A stretch of DNA of 63,685 nucleotides, counting the filler, from Candidatus Zhuqueibacterota bacterium (lineage in GTDB: Bacteria > BS750m-G25), in NCBI GenBank assembly GCA_016783505.1. It is 6 parts of 4 records of this genome, joined end to end, with 100 filler letters (N's around TTAATTAATTAA, not from the genome) between each part and the next. Parts side by side here need not be neighbours in the genome. Positions count along the whole stretch, not along the records: positions 1,864 to 22,034 come from JADHWK010000005.1; 5 more parts are not named here. One strand, given 5' to 3'. A program made the translations under genes and the position numbers. Shown piece after piece: positions 10,606-20,908 of the stretch (its first letter is position 1; each line of letters opens with the position of its first letter). The notes below the pieces were generated by a model, which saw only the letters and a program-made list of their open reading frames with translations, was not told the origin of the DNA and did not search any database.

Positions 10606-11592
10606 TTAAAGTGCCAGCAAATAGTCAATTAGTTCATCTGAGCATACTCTGGCGGCGCAGCAAACCTTGTCGGCTGCTCCGTAGAAAATAAGCAGCTCAT
10701 CACCGATATTCACAATTCCTTCGGGAAACACAACATTAGGAACATCACCAACCATCTCATACTCCTCCTCAGGCACAAAGATAGGCCCCGGCGAGCGGGC
10801 GATTACCCTCCAGGGCTCCTCCAGATCCAGGAGAGCAACCCCCGTCCGGTATACATGGTTCTTATCAACCCCATGATAGATCAGAAGCCAGCCTTCTTTG
10901 GTCTTTACGGGCGGAGGCCCAGCACCTATCTTCTTGGACTCCCAATCCCTCTCCGATTTCATCACCAGCTTATGTTCAAACATGTCCCCGTTTAAACCAT
11001 CTAGATAAGCAAACCAGATACCTGGAAACTCGGTGCCATAATTGGGACCAACCCAGTTAGCCGCCCTGTGATACACTGCATACCTGCCTTTGATCTTCTC
11101 CGGGAAGAGCACCACATCTCTTTCATCGGTATCCTCGGGGGTGATGATCCCCAGCCGTTCAAAATTGCAGAAATCCTTTACCTCAGCAAGGGCCGTACGG
11201 GGATAGGTTCCCCCGTGGTCGGGTATACCAAGGCGCCTTCGAACAGCGCCGGGAGGGCCTGGCGTAGCCGTAACCACATAGGTCATGTAAAGATTACCTT
11301 CCAACAGGGTAAATCTTGGATCCTCGACCGACTTTTCCCAGCCTTTTCCTTCAGGCACAAAACCGGGCTCGTGAGATCTCTTTACAAGGTTTAGGTCTTC
11401 ATCGAGGATAGCGTGCCCAAGCCTTGAAATGTATCTCTCATATTCTCCTACCGCACGGTAGAATACATGAATCTTTCCTCCCGTATAAACAGCGGCCGGA
11501 TTGAACACCGCCTTGGATTCCCATTGATTTCCCTCATTGGGTTTCAAAATGGGATTTCCAATGTAACGACTTAGTTTCATGCTTACCTCCAT
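10606..11592 (-). CDS. Glycoside hydrolase family 130 protein
   Basis: NPIL, VFNP, EDPR, DVVLFPEKIKG, KIGAGPPP, GDVPNVVF and YGAAD motifs. The start may be the second Met (MKLSRY). Confidence 0.9.
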   Translation of the reverse strand: MEVSMKLSRYIGNPILKPNEGNQWESKAVFNPAAVYTGGKIHVFYRAVGEYERYISRLGHAILDEDLNLVKRSHEPGFVPEGKGWEKSVEDPRFTLLEGNLYMTYVVTATPGPPGAVRRRLGIPDHGGTYPRTALAEVKDFCNFERLGIITPEDTDERDVVLFPEKIKGRYAVYHRAANWVGPNYGTEFPGIWFAYLDGLNGDMFEHKLVMKSERDWESKKIGAGPPPVKTKEGWLLIYHGVDKNHVYRTGVALLDLEEPWRVIARSPGPIFVPEEEYEMVGDVPNVVFPEGIVNIGDELLIFYGAADKVCCAARVCSDELIDYLLAL

Positions 11593-11786
11593 AGTTTAAA
11601 TCCCCGCTTTATAGATCAGACAATCAAAACCCAACCAGGTTTTTTCGCGTTTATTTCAGGAATATGAGTTGGTTGCGATTCAATTCTCCTGATTTTATTA
11701 TTCCAACTATCTGAATCACCAATGTCCCTAATCCCTTTAACTTTCCAGTTATTGATGTCCTTTATCCTTATATGTCAGAAACCACC

Positions 11787-13442
11787 TTATCTTATCAATA
11801 TCATCTTCTTGGTCTGGGTGAACTCTCCAGCAGTTATCCGACAGAAGTATAGTCCGGATGAAACAACGCTTCCCTCATCATTCCTGCCATCCCAATGAGC
11901 TGTGTAAAAGCCTGGACCCTGATATTGATCTACCAAGGTTTTAACCTCTTGTCCCCTGGTGCTGTAGATTTTGAGGGTTACCCCCAATGGATTCGGCAAC
12001 TCGTATTGAATACTGGTCAATGTGTTAAAAGGATTAGGGTAGTTCTGAGACAGGAAGAAAACTTGGGACCTCAAAGTTACTTGATTTCCGGCAATAGCAG
12101 TCAATTCATCAAAGGCGAACAGGACCGTACTATTGTACTCATTTAAAACTACTTCTCCCCCCCAAAGCAAGGGATACTCCAATAGGGTATAATCGTCATT
12201 AAGCATGAAGATTTTAGACAAATCTTCAAGGATAATGGTAAAAATCCAGTAGCTGGAACCCATTATTTTTAAGCTGTCCAAGTCGTTAATGGGAGTCCCT
12301 TCAGGTAGCTCAATAGTAGTGCGGCGCCATCCCTCCCCATTCACGGCTTGAACAGCAGGGTCGTTGTGAACTGAATAATACCAGATGGAATTATCCTTTA
12401 GTTTCACCCCAAAAGTCAATCTTAAATCTGATCCTTCCATCAGGCTATTAAATTCCAAGTAGAGATAATTCCGGGCATCGCTGACTTCCACGGTAAATGG
12501 ATCGGCGGGGCTTTCGTATTTCCCCTCATTTATCATTTCCTCTGCCATAATTTTATAGGTCCAGGGATCGTTATCCATCAAAGTTTCTCTTGAATAATCT
12601 TCGCCTTTGCTTCTTTCCGGTGAGAGGAAGAACTTGTAATCCGATATTCCTACGTCGCTTACCATATTGTTGAGGGTAACAGTTTTCAAAATGGGATGAT
12701 CATTAGCCCTTATCCCCAGAAAGGGCGAGGTACTGTGGCCCGGCCCTTGAAAATAATTCTCCAAAATATTTCCCCCAGAATCAATTTTAACCCAATAAAT
12801 CCATTCAATGTCAGTGGTTCGTCCCCAGCGAGACATTAAATTAATGGAATTGGTTCCCCCATCCTCATTACTCCAGATTATGCTATATTGAATCCACTTA
12901 TCCTGGCCCTCATATTGAACCTCATGCCATAACAGTAGAGGGGTATCGGTGTAATAGTTATCATCCCTGCCGTATAAGATGGGCGAGAGTCTATATACAT
13001 CATAATATTCATTGTCAGGGGTAATCGGTATAATATCCCATCGCTCTATATGAATATTAGTAGCATTCAAGGAAGACTTTCCTTCATCGAAGTAAAATTC
13101 CAGGGTGTGGTCTCCTGCACTAAGCCTTCCGAGGGATACTTTGTAGACAAAAAGCTGATCCCCATTAAACAAAACAATATCTTGATTTCTTTCATCGTAG
13201 TTACTGTCAACAAAGATGGTTAATACCGCGGACTCCATCCCTGCGATGGCCCAATTGGTGTTCGAACTCATTTCTAAGTGAAGAATCACCTCGCTTTCCT
13301 CATCGATATTAAACCCCACTGGCTCAGACATGTCTCCTGGGTTAAGATCAAGCTGAAAGTACGTGAAACCTGTCAAAAAAACAACTGATATTCCGGATAT
13401 GATAAAAGAAATACTTCTGAATAATATGACTCGCATATCCAA
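11787..13442 (-). CDS. Secreted protein with C-terminal T9SS type-A/FlgD-Ig tail and an uncharacterised N-terminal domain (WSNEDGGT...WGRTTDIEW)
   Basis: Hydrophobic N-terminus and tail LSQNYPNPFN...WDGRN..G..VSSGLYF...TKKMILIR. Confidence 0.85.
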   Translation of the reverse strand: MDMRVILFRSISFIISGISVVFLTGFTYFQLDLNPGDMSEPVGFNIDEESEVILHLEMSSNTNWAIAGMESAVLTIFVDSNYDERNQDIVLFNGDQLFVYKVSLGRLSAGDHTLEFYFDEGKSSLNATNIHIERWDIIPITPDNEYYDVYRLSPILYGRDDNYYTDTPLLLWHEVQYEGQDKWIQYSIIWSNEDGGTNSINLMSRWGRTTDIEWIYWVKIDSGGNILENYFQGPGHSTSPFLGIRANDHPILKTVTLNNMVSDVGISDYKFFLSPERSKGEDYSRETLMDNDPWTYKIMAEEMINEGKYESPADPFTVEVSDARNYLYLEFNSLMEGSDLRLTFGVKLKDNSIWYYSVHNDPAVQAVNGEGWRRTTIELPEGTPINDLDSLKIMGSSYWIFTIILEDLSKIFMLNDDYTLLEYPLLWGGEVVLNEYNSTVLFAFDELTAIAGNQVTLRSQVFFLSQNYPNPFNTLTSIQYELPNPLGVTLKIYSTRGQEVKTLVDQYQGPGFYTAHWDGRNDEGSVVSSGLYFCRITAGEFTQTKKMILIR

Positions 13443-13459
13443 AACCCAAGGCTCTTTAA

Positions 13460-15412
13460 TTATTTTAAGTAAACCATCTTCTTCGCCGAGGAAAATTCAC
13501 CAATCCCAAGACCCATGTGGGCTCGGAGTTGATAAAGATAAATTCCGCTGGTAACTTCCCTGCTGTCATTATCCCTGCCATCCCAAGCCACCATATATCT
13601 GGCCGCCGGTTGGGGTTCGTTTACTAAAGTCCTTATCTCTTGGCCCAATAGATTGTAAATCTTAAGTGTGATGGAACTAAAATCACCAAAAACTGGTACC
13701 TCATAGCTAATAACTGTTTGGAGATTAAAGGGATTAGGATAGTTCTGAAAAAGATTGAAGATCTTGGGTATTTCTTCTTCTTTGAGGGTTTGGATACTGA
13801 AAAATATTCCCACATCATCAATACGAACGCCGCTGTCGGTACCGCTGGAATCCGTGACCAGCCGAAATCGGATACTGATATTATCGTTACCGGGACCACT
13901 AAAAGGGCCTAAAGAGTGGAAAGTTTGAATCCAATTTTCTTGTCTGCCTGTGAAGCAGCCCAGTTGAGACCAATTATTTCCATCTGCGCTAGCTTCCACA
14001 TACAGGAAATCTTTACCCTCTTCGAGACGGTTTTTGGTCCAGAGGTTTAAGGTCAGTATGTCTTGTGCCAAAAAACCCGAAAAGTCGAAAAATGATATAA
14101 AGGTTACAGGATTATTCGTGTTGTTCGCATAAGGCCTGGGGGTACTCCACAGTGAAAATAAACTATTATGACCTTGACCCATTAGCGACAGCTTCCAACC
14201 CATATCCTGCTCCCATTTTTCCATCCCATACTCAAAATCATCTACTACATTGGAAACATCGACTGCCAGACGCAGGGTGTCGTTGCTGGTGTCCAGATCA
14301 TTAGAGAGCTCGGTATAGAAGCTGAAATTATACAGTCCAGCCTTTTGAGGCGTCCACCTGGCAAAGCTGACGGTTGAGTCCGCCAGGCTGGCAAGGTCTG
14401 CTATAATTTGGACGTTGCGATACAACTCGACGCCAGAAGTATCTATCGAACAGACCAGTTGGACAATCTCTTCATTGTTTTCCCCAATGTTCCATATCTT
14501 TACTGTCGGGGTAATGTTCCCCCATATCGGCATTTTGGGATTGGGCCAAACAATTGAACGAACCATCAGGTCGTGGGCTAAGGGTGTGCCGTAATGATAA
14601 AATATGTTTGTAGAGCCACCGGTTTCAGCTACAAAATGAAGGACACCGGAATCTAGCTCATACGCTTCGATGCCCTCCATCTCAGGACCGAGTGGAACTA
14701 TGATAACAGGTGTAACCGCTCCAGATGCGACCTCCACCTCATATACATAATCACCATTGTCACAAGCAAGATAGAGAAAATCCCCAAGGAAAGCACCACC
14801 CTGAACCCGAGAGAGGGTGAGATTCAGAGGGATCTCGTCTATAAGAGAAAAGTTTTGTTCTGGGTCATAGACAAACAATTTATTGACACCGCTAAACTCT
14901 GATGAGTAAAAATAGCCCGTTCGAGGATCCACTGCGATCCAGGGGAAATGAGATTGGGGTACTTGCACAAATTCTCCGGTGAAATTCAGGCTGTCGGCAT
15001 CATAAATGCCAATGATCGGCTTGACATAGGATACATCTTCAATGGGTGCATAAAGCTTACCCACAAAATAGGCAATGTCTCCAATATGATTGTAGCCCTG
15101 GTCCCATAGAAATCCCGGTATAGGATTTTGAGTACCATCTTTTTCAATTAACATGTTAAAATATGCATCGGTTTTATAAAGCCCTCCCCTGGAAGAGAAA
15201 TACCAAAAAACCCCATCAGTAGCCACACCTTGCGAAAAACGCCCATCTACCTGATCTTTACTTTTCTCAAACCAGCTGTCATTAAGGACTAAGGTTTGTA
15301 ATGAATCGTACAAATATTGTCCCCGGATGATTGTTGGAACAGTTTGAGCAAAACTGGATTCTAAAATCATCAATACTATTCCAATTGATATTATCTCTAA
15401 ATGTCTTCTCAT
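13460..15412 (-). CDS. Secreted protein: probable beta-propeller, Ig/CARDB-like and jelly-roll domains, T9SS/FlgD tail
   Basis: Signal peptide; QGVATDG/HIGDI/QGGAF/EMEGI blade-like repeats; DFEYG..W and IDDV module; QNYPNPFN tail. Confidence 0.85.
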   Translation of the reverse strand: MRRHLEIISIGIVLMILESSFAQTVPTIIRGQYLYDSLQTLVLNDSWFEKSKDQVDGRFSQGVATDGVFWYFSSRGGLYKTDAYFNMLIEKDGTQNPIPGFLWDQGYNHIGDIAYFVGKLYAPIEDVSYVKPIIGIYDADSLNFTGEFVQVPQSHFPWIAVDPRTGYFYSSEFSGVNKLFVYDPEQNFSLIDEIPLNLTLSRVQGGAFLGDFLYLACDNGDYVYEVEVASGAVTPVIIVPLGPEMEGIEAYELDSGVLHFVAETGGSTNIFYHYGTPLAHDLMVRSIVWPNPKMPIWGNITPTVKIWNIGENNEEIVQLVCSIDTSGVELYRNVQIIADLASLADSTVSFARWTPQKAGLYNFSFYTELSNDLDTSNDTLRLAVDVSNVVDDFEYGMEKWEQDMGWKLSLMGQGHNSLFSLWSTPRPYANNTNNPVTFISFFDFSGFLAQDILTLNLWTKNRLEEGKDFLYVEASADGNNWSQLGCFTGRQENWIQTFHSLGPFSGPGNDNISIRFRLVTDSSGTDSGVRIDDVGIFFSIQTLKEEEIPKIFNLFQNYPNPFNLQTVISYEVPVFGDFSSITLKIYNLLGQEIRTLVNEPQPAARYMVAWDGRDNDSREVTSGIYLYQLRAHMGLGIGEFSSAKKMVYLK

Positions 15413-15424
15413 CGTAACTTTCCT

Positions 15425-16762
15425 TTAATCTTTTACCTTTACGTTCCAAAGAGTAGTTGCCAGGATCAATGATAGAATGGATGCACCGATCCAGAAATAA
15501 AATGCATTATCAAAATTGTAGGTGGTCACCCCGTGTATCACCGCTTTTGAAGATTCAATTAGATAACCACTCACATAATCCTGAATAGAAGCACCTATAT
15601 AGCTGAAGCCCCCAATGATTCCCATTGCCGCTCCAGCAGCCCGTTTGGGACTGATATCAATAGCAATCAGTCCACCAAGGAGTGCCAGTAATCCTCCCAT
15701 CGCAAAACCAAACAAGGTCATTATAAGCCTGTCCAACCAAACATTTCCCGCAGGAATAAGGTAAAATATAATCAAGGTTATGATCTCAGTCAACCCATAG
15801 GCCAATGTAACCGGGCCTCTACGAGCACCAAAGAATTTATCGGAAATCCATCCACACGTAACTGCACCGCCGACTGCCGCAATAGGGTAAAATGCTAAAA
15901 CGGACCCTGCCTGAACAAGGGAATAGCCCTTTCCCTCCTGTAGGTAAAATATTCCCCAGTTATTCATTGCATAACGAGCCACATACATTAAAGCACTACT
16001 GCATCCCAATACCCAGACCCAGGGATTTTTCAGAACTCCCAATTGACGTTTCAACAACGTTGCATTATCATCTCTGGTTGCCATGCCATGGTCGTTTTTA
16101 AAATCGGCAATAGCAGGAAGACCGTATGTTTGGGGTCTATCCTGATAGGTTTGAAAAAAGATAAAAGCAGCAATAATACAAACAATGCCGGGTCCCCAGA
16201 ATCCCCATCTCCAACCTAAGTAACTTATCAATGCCGCAGTGGCAATAAAGGAGAGCCCTTCACCGATACTATGACCGGCACTCCAGATGGAATACTTGGT
16301 CCCTCTTTCCCTATTGCTATACCATTTGGCAATAGTTGAGCCCGTGGGTGCCGAGTTCATTCCCTGGAACCATCCATTAATTCCCCACAGTATAATAAAA
16401 GCGATAGCCCAACTTGCAGATCCAACGATTATAGTGAGGAGCGCTGAGATCAACAGCCCGGTTGGGATAAATCTCTGGATATTACTGTGGTCAGAAAGAA
16501 ATCCATTGATTAATTTACTAAAGGCGTAGACGAAGAAAAACGCTGAGCCCATAACACCCAGCTGATAAGCATTAACCATTCCTGAATCAATCATCGGTTT
16601 CTTGGCAACAGAATGACTTAAACGACATATATAATACATCGCTGTGCCCATTGTAATGGTAACCAGAACCATCCTTCGCTTTCTATTATATGTTCTGGCG
16701 ATCTCCTTTGGATCCTGAGAGAATAAGGGTTTATCTTCCCTTGTCTTCCACCAATTAAACAT
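15425..16762 (-). CDS. MFS organophosphate:phosphate antiporter (GlpT/UhpT, OPA family)
   Basis: YYICR, SKLINGFLSD, WGINGWFQGM, WYSNRERGT..IWS and YVARYA..WG motifs. Confidence 0.9.
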   Translation of the reverse strand: MFNWWKTREDKPLFSQDPKEIARTYNRKRRMVLVTITMGTAMYYICRLSHSVAKKPMIDSGMVNAYQLGVMGSAFFFVYAFSKLINGFLSDHSNIQRFIPTGLLISALLTIIVGSASWAIAFIILWGINGWFQGMNSAPTGSTIAKWYSNRERGTKYSIWSAGHSIGEGLSFIATAALISYLGWRWGFWGPGIVCIIAAFIFFQTYQDRPQTYGLPAIADFKNDHGMATRDDNATLLKRQLGVLKNPWVWVLGCSSALMYVARYAMNNWGIFYLQEGKGYSLVQAGSVLAFYPIAAVGGAVTCGWISDKFFGARRGPVTLAYGLTEIITLIIFYLIPAGNVWLDRLIMTLFGFAMGGLLALLGGLIAIDISPKRAAGAAMGIIGGFSYIGASIQDYVSGYLIESSKAVIHGVTTYNFDNAFYFWIGASILSLILATTLWNVKVKD

Positions 16763-16788
16763 GCTGCATTGCCTCTCTATTTATTAAA

Positions 16789-17700
16789 CTATTGACCTTG
16801 ATAAATATAGATGATAGTTTTATTGTCTTGGGGAGCGAAATAGAATTGCAATTTCTCGTTACTAATACTGATATACATTGGGTTATGGGTTATTACACAG
16901 CCATTGCCGCAATAAACAAGAACGGGTATTTCGTTGATGATCCTTCCGGTGGGTAACTCAATCAAAGCCATCCCACCGAATTCCCGGACATCTTTTTGCC
17001 CGGCGATGCCGAAGTTGAATTTATTCATCCCGCTTGCAAGCATAAGGTTGTCGCCAACATATTTGGCGTCCTGATAATCCACAAAATGGCTGGGATTTTT
17101 GTAGCGATAGAGCTCAAATCCCCCCGGCGTCCAGCAGTAGATCCGGCGCGAGCCCCAACTGAGACCGTATAGAAGATCGTCATCCCTGTCGTATACAAGG
17201 CCTCCGATGTGGTCACCGACGGTAAAGATTTTTTCAGCATTTGTAAGATTAGTGTCCACCTTGAATATTGTGGACCTACTGTCGGGCCTGTATTCAGCCA
17301 CGCCCACCCAAATATGGGTGCCATCAAAATCAATTCCGCTTGGGTGATACATCCTACCTTCAGTTAATATAAGATCCTTTACCAAATTGCCCTCAGCATC
17401 TACTTTGAACAGATGTCCGATGCCCCGGCCCGGGGTCCGGTCGTAGCCAAACTCATCGGGTTGATCGTATTTTCTCCTTGCTTCAAGGACTTCAACAGAA
17501 CTTATATAGTAGTTATCGCCGATTTTCAGAATGCCTTGCGGGTGATAGGTATTGAATTTGCACTCTATTCTGCTAATTAATTCAAACTTGGCGTCTTTCG
17601 TCAGCCCGATAAACTTATCACTGATCTCACTCGCGAGGGATTCCAGGGTGAGAATGAAAATGATGCACCCTGATAGTAGCGGAGATAAAAAACGTCTCAT
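16789..17700 (-). CDS. Secreted DUF6454-like beta-propeller protein
   Basis: Signal peptide and motifs TYHPQG, GHLFK, YHPSGIDFDG..WVGVAEYRPDS, DHIGG, WGSR, DYQD and NP, recognised from memory. Confidence 0.7.
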   Translation of the reverse strand: MRRFLSPLLSGCIIFILTLESLASEISDKFIGLTKDAKFELISRIECKFNTYHPQGILKIGDNYYISSVEVLEARRKYDQPDEFGYDRTPGRGIGHLFKVDAEGNLVKDLILTEGRMYHPSGIDFDGTHIWVGVAEYRPDSRSTIFKVDTNLTNAEKIFTVGDHIGGLVYDRDDDLLYGLSWGSRRIYCWTPGGFELYRYKNPSHFVDYQDAKYVGDNLMLASGMNKFNFGIAGQKDVREFGGMALIELPTGRIINEIPVLVYCGNGCVITHNPMYISISNEKLQFYFAPQDNKTIIYIYQGQ

Positions 17701-17955
17701 GTGGATACCTCCTCGTATAATTGGTGCGTTAAACTACCGGCTAAAACTCACCTTTTTACTTTTAATCTCGTATCCCTTTATCGGTAATGATAATTGCTTT
17801 CGGGCAGGTAATTTTCGGAGGTTGTTTTCCATACAAGAGGGAATCTCATCGACAACAACTAGGTAGGTAAACATTAGTTTGCCAGGCCCATTACCATTTA
17901 TTACTACCAGCCATTCCTCATCTGGCGAGGCATTTTCAGTTAAGACAACCTCACT

Positions 17956-18852
17956 TTACAGGTAGGAGTGTAATGTTTTTCGAATGGCTTCCGCTGAACT
18001 TAGGTCACCCTTGAAAGGACCGGGTTTCTTGAGTTTAGCGGAAACAACCGCAGCGGCAAATCTACAGGATTCTTCTGGCGAATGAGTCAATCTCCTGCCG
18101 AGATAGGAGGCCATACAGGTATCCCCTCTGCCGGTTCTACCTATCAGGTTCTGTGTGTCAAATGAGTTTGAATAGAACTTGCCGTTTGCGTAGAGGAGGA
18201 TGCCGTCTTTATGTGTAACTATTACCTCCCGCGGCCCCAGAGAAGAGAGTGATTCTGCGGCCTGCTGCATATCTTTCGTTTCCGTCAATATTTCGGCCTC
18301 TCTCTGGTCTGTTTTAAGATAATGTACATAAGAGAGCCCCTCTTTCTTCTCGTCCCAATCCGAAGATCGTATAGTATCCCCCTTCTTCACCCTGGTAAAT
18401 CCCTGGGCGTCGAGACCCAGCCTGGCGCGTTTTGACAGGTTTTTTATTACCTCGATCGGTGTCTCACCTTTTATCAGGGGACATATATTGATGATTTCTG
18501 CACTGACCTCAACGAAGTCTTCGATACAAAAGGGATCAGCCAGGGAGTTGACCACGAACTTTCGGCGCTCCCCGTCCTCAGTCAAAGGGATAATTGTTAA
18601 CCCGGTGGTCTCTCCACTTTCTTTGGCGAGGACCGGAATATCATACTGCCTGAACTCCTCCAGCAGGTGATGGTCCCTGGGGTCGAGCTTGGTCACCACC
18701 CCCACATTTATACCGAGCATCTTCAGGGGAAAGGCACTGTAGTACACGGCACCCCCAACCCGCAGGCTCTCTCTATCCCCTGAGATCAACCGATCCCTCG
18801 CAATATGACCTACAAGAAGGATATCGAACCTTTTCTTGTTTACCGACACCAT
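17956..18852 (-). CDS. PfkB-family carbohydrate kinase
   Basis: VGH..RD, GGAVYY, LDAQG and anion-hole variant RTGRGDT. Confidence 0.88.
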   Translation of the reverse strand: MVSVNKKRFDILLVGHIARDRLISGDRESLRVGGAVYYSAFPLKMLGINVGVVTKLDPRDHHLLEEFRQYDIPVLAKESGETTGLTIIPLTEDGERRKFVVNSLADPFCIEDFVEVSAEIINICPLIKGETPIEVIKNLSKRARLGLDAQGFTRVKKGDTIRSSDWDEKKEGLSYVHYLKTDQREAEILTETKDMQQAAESLSSLGPREVIVTHKDGILLYANGKFYSNSFDTQNLIGRTGRGDTCMASYLGRRLTHSPEESCRFAAAVVSAKLKKPGPFKGDLSSAEAIRKTLHSYL

Positions 18853-18985
18853 CTCACCCCATACTTATTTCTTCTAATGAAAAAGGGATATAAGTAAAAA
18901 TCCCCCCAGCAGAGCTAGAGGGTTATTCAGCGGTGAATTTTTATGAATTAGTTGTTTTTTGAGTTTCAATCATGTTTAAGACCTT

Positions 18986-19022
18986 TAAAAAGAGCCCCGC
19001 CCAACTCTGGGCGGGGCTCTTT
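18986..19022 (-). terminator. Intrinsic terminator after the FG-GAP gene
   Basis: Perfect stem AAAGAGCCCCGCCCA / TGGGCGGGGCTCTTT with a 4-nt loop and a T-run on the minus strand. Confidence 0.85.
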
Positions 19023-19054
19023 CCTCCCATTAAACTCCCTCCTTAGTTGAAAAA

Positions 19055-20728
19055 CTACCTAAGGAGGACCATCTTCTTGGTCGCCCTGAAGTCACCAGTC
19101 TCTATCTTGTAGAAATAGACGCCACTGGTGACCATAGCGCCCCTGTTGTCCGTGGCATCCCAGCTTACCCTGTAGGTCCCAATCTCCTGAAGTTTATCCT
19201 TCACCAGGGTGTTTACCTTCTGACCCAGCACATTGTAGACGTCCAGGGTCACCCGGCTGGCCCGGGGAAGTTCATACAGTATTTCAGTGATTGGGTTGAA
19301 GGGATTGGGATAGTTCTGGCTGAGGATAAAGGATCCTGGAATGGAGGTGGAAGGCTCAAATATGCCAGTGGTGGCATCCCATTCAATCATATAGATCCCA
19401 GGCATCGTACCCTCATTGCCATTACCGGTGGTGAAGACGACATCCTGATGGTCCGCTCCGTCCCCATCAAGGTCCCCGATGGCTATGGCTACAAATCCTA
19501 CGGTGATCTCGTCGGTGTTATCTTCCCTGAAGATGACGCTCATCACGTAGTTATCCGGATCGTCAACATCACCGGTCCCCCCGACCCACTCAAAATCATA
19601 GACGGCTTCGACAGGATCCCTGCCCGTAATGTAAAAATTCGGCAGACCATCGTTGTCGGCATCACCGGTGATTCCCCCCCTCAACTCCGGCTTGCCCGGT
19701 GGACAACCTTCAAGCGCATTAATATCCTCAATCAGATAGAAATTGTCCCTCCGGAAGGCTGTGGCAGCACTGGTGATCTCGTTCACCACCCATACCTTAC
19801 CACCGCGGGCCCCGACATAGACCTCGTTGTTACCATCCCCGTCAAAATCCGCAATGGCCAACTTGCCGGCACTACCCATGTAGTCGAGATGGTACATCGA
19901 CGAGTCAAATTCCGTGGCCGTATAGCTGTTAGCACCGGTGACCGAGTAAACCATAATCGGTTTCTTGTCGCCATCCATCTGGACGAGCATATCATTGTTC
20001 CCGTCGCCGTCAACATCCCCCACCGTCATGGAGTGCACCTTCAGACCATACCTGGATGCTGCGGAATCAATATATTCCACAACCCACCCCGGATTGGTAA
20101 AATCCGCACCGGGCATGGAGAGGATGGACAGGAAGATGTCCTTCCCCCCCCGATGGGTCAGAATGAGTTCCACCACCCCATCACCGTCCACATCCAGGGC
20201 CTGACTCTGAAACTCCAGGCGAACAAGAGCGGCCTCATTCCTGGGTGGGTCGTAAGTCGCGGTGGGTTCATCCGGCAGAAACTCACCGCTGGTGGGATCG
20301 TGCTCGTAGATCTCCAGGGCTTCAAACCCATCGGTCGAATCAGGATGAAAAGAATCCCAGACCTGAATGAGCTCCTTATGACCGTCATTATCCAGGTCGG
20401 TGATCATTAGGCTCCGTTCACCACCATTAAGGATGCTTACACCCCCTACCTCTTTGTCCATATACCAGACCAGATCGTACTCACCGTCCACACCCTGGTA
20501 TTCCCAGACATAGATCCTTTTCGCGGTGCCGTCGAAAGTTGCAAATTCCTTGTTTCCGTCACCGTCCAGGTCAAAACCAGCCACGACACCCCAGGCACGA
20601 ATCAGATTGGGGGGATCTGTTCCTGCTCCTCCAATACCCCCGGTCCAGACCTTACTAAACTGCCCAAAGGAGATGGACGTCAGTAAAATCAGCGACAAGA
20701 TCGTGCCCAAAACAATTATTTTTTTCAT
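19055..20728 (-). CDS. Secreted FG-GAP/VCBS repeat protein with T9SS/FlgD tail
   Basis: Signal peptide, seven DxDxDG Ca-binding repeats (DLDGDGNKE, DLDNDGHKE, DVDGDG, DFDGDG and others) and QNYPNPFNP tail. Confidence 0.9.
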   Translation of the reverse strand: MKKIIVLGTILSLILLTSISFGQFSKVWTGGIGGAGTDPPNLIRAWGVVAGFDLDGDGNKEFATFDGTAKRIYVWEYQGVDGEYDLVWYMDKEVGGVSILNGGERSLMITDLDNDGHKELIQVWDSFHPDSTDGFEALEIYEHDPTSGEFLPDEPTATYDPPRNEAALVRLEFQSQALDVDGDGVVELILTHRGGKDIFLSILSMPGADFTNPGWVVEYIDSAASRYGLKVHSMTVGDVDGDGNNDMLVQMDGDKKPIMVYSVTGANSYTATEFDSSMYHLDYMGSAGKLAIADFDGDGNNEVYVGARGGKVWVVNEITSAATAFRRDNFYLIEDINALEGCPPGKPELRGGITGDADNDGLPNFYITGRDPVEAVYDFEWVGGTGDVDDPDNYVMSVIFREDNTDEITVGFVAIAIGDLDGDGADHQDVVFTTGNGNEGTMPGIYMIEWDATTGIFEPSTSIPGSFILSQNYPNPFNPITEILYELPRASRVTLDVYNVLGQKVNTLVKDKLQEIGTYRVSWDATDNRGAMVTSGVYFYKIETGDFRATKKMVLLR

Positions 20729-20908
20729 CTCTCTTACCTCGCTTTTAGGTTGTTGGATTCACTTCTTATCTTCCCCCAGCATGGATGTTTTCTATTTCTC
20801 ACATCACCTCCTTTCATAGGTTTTTTCGTGCCCCTCTTTATCCCCCCTCACCTCCTTTCTTAAATTTCTTAGGGCACCAAGATTTGGCTATCTTCTCCTC
20901 ATCCAGTC

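Noticed and set aside
17735-17950. Possible small ORF or gene relic between the PfkB and DUF6454 genes
   Set aside because: No clear start or RBS and only a vague similarity (KAIIITDKG), which is not supportable.
18897-18925. CCCCCAGCAGAGCTAGAGGG as an IS200/IS605 end hairpin
   Set aside because: Weak, mismatched single copy with no tnpA or tnpB nearby.
19448-20410. Long opposite-strand ORFs (also 35470-36393, 57180-57938, 61570-62442, 23511-24116 and others)
   Set aside because: Antisense shadows of well-supported genes, with no motifs of their own.
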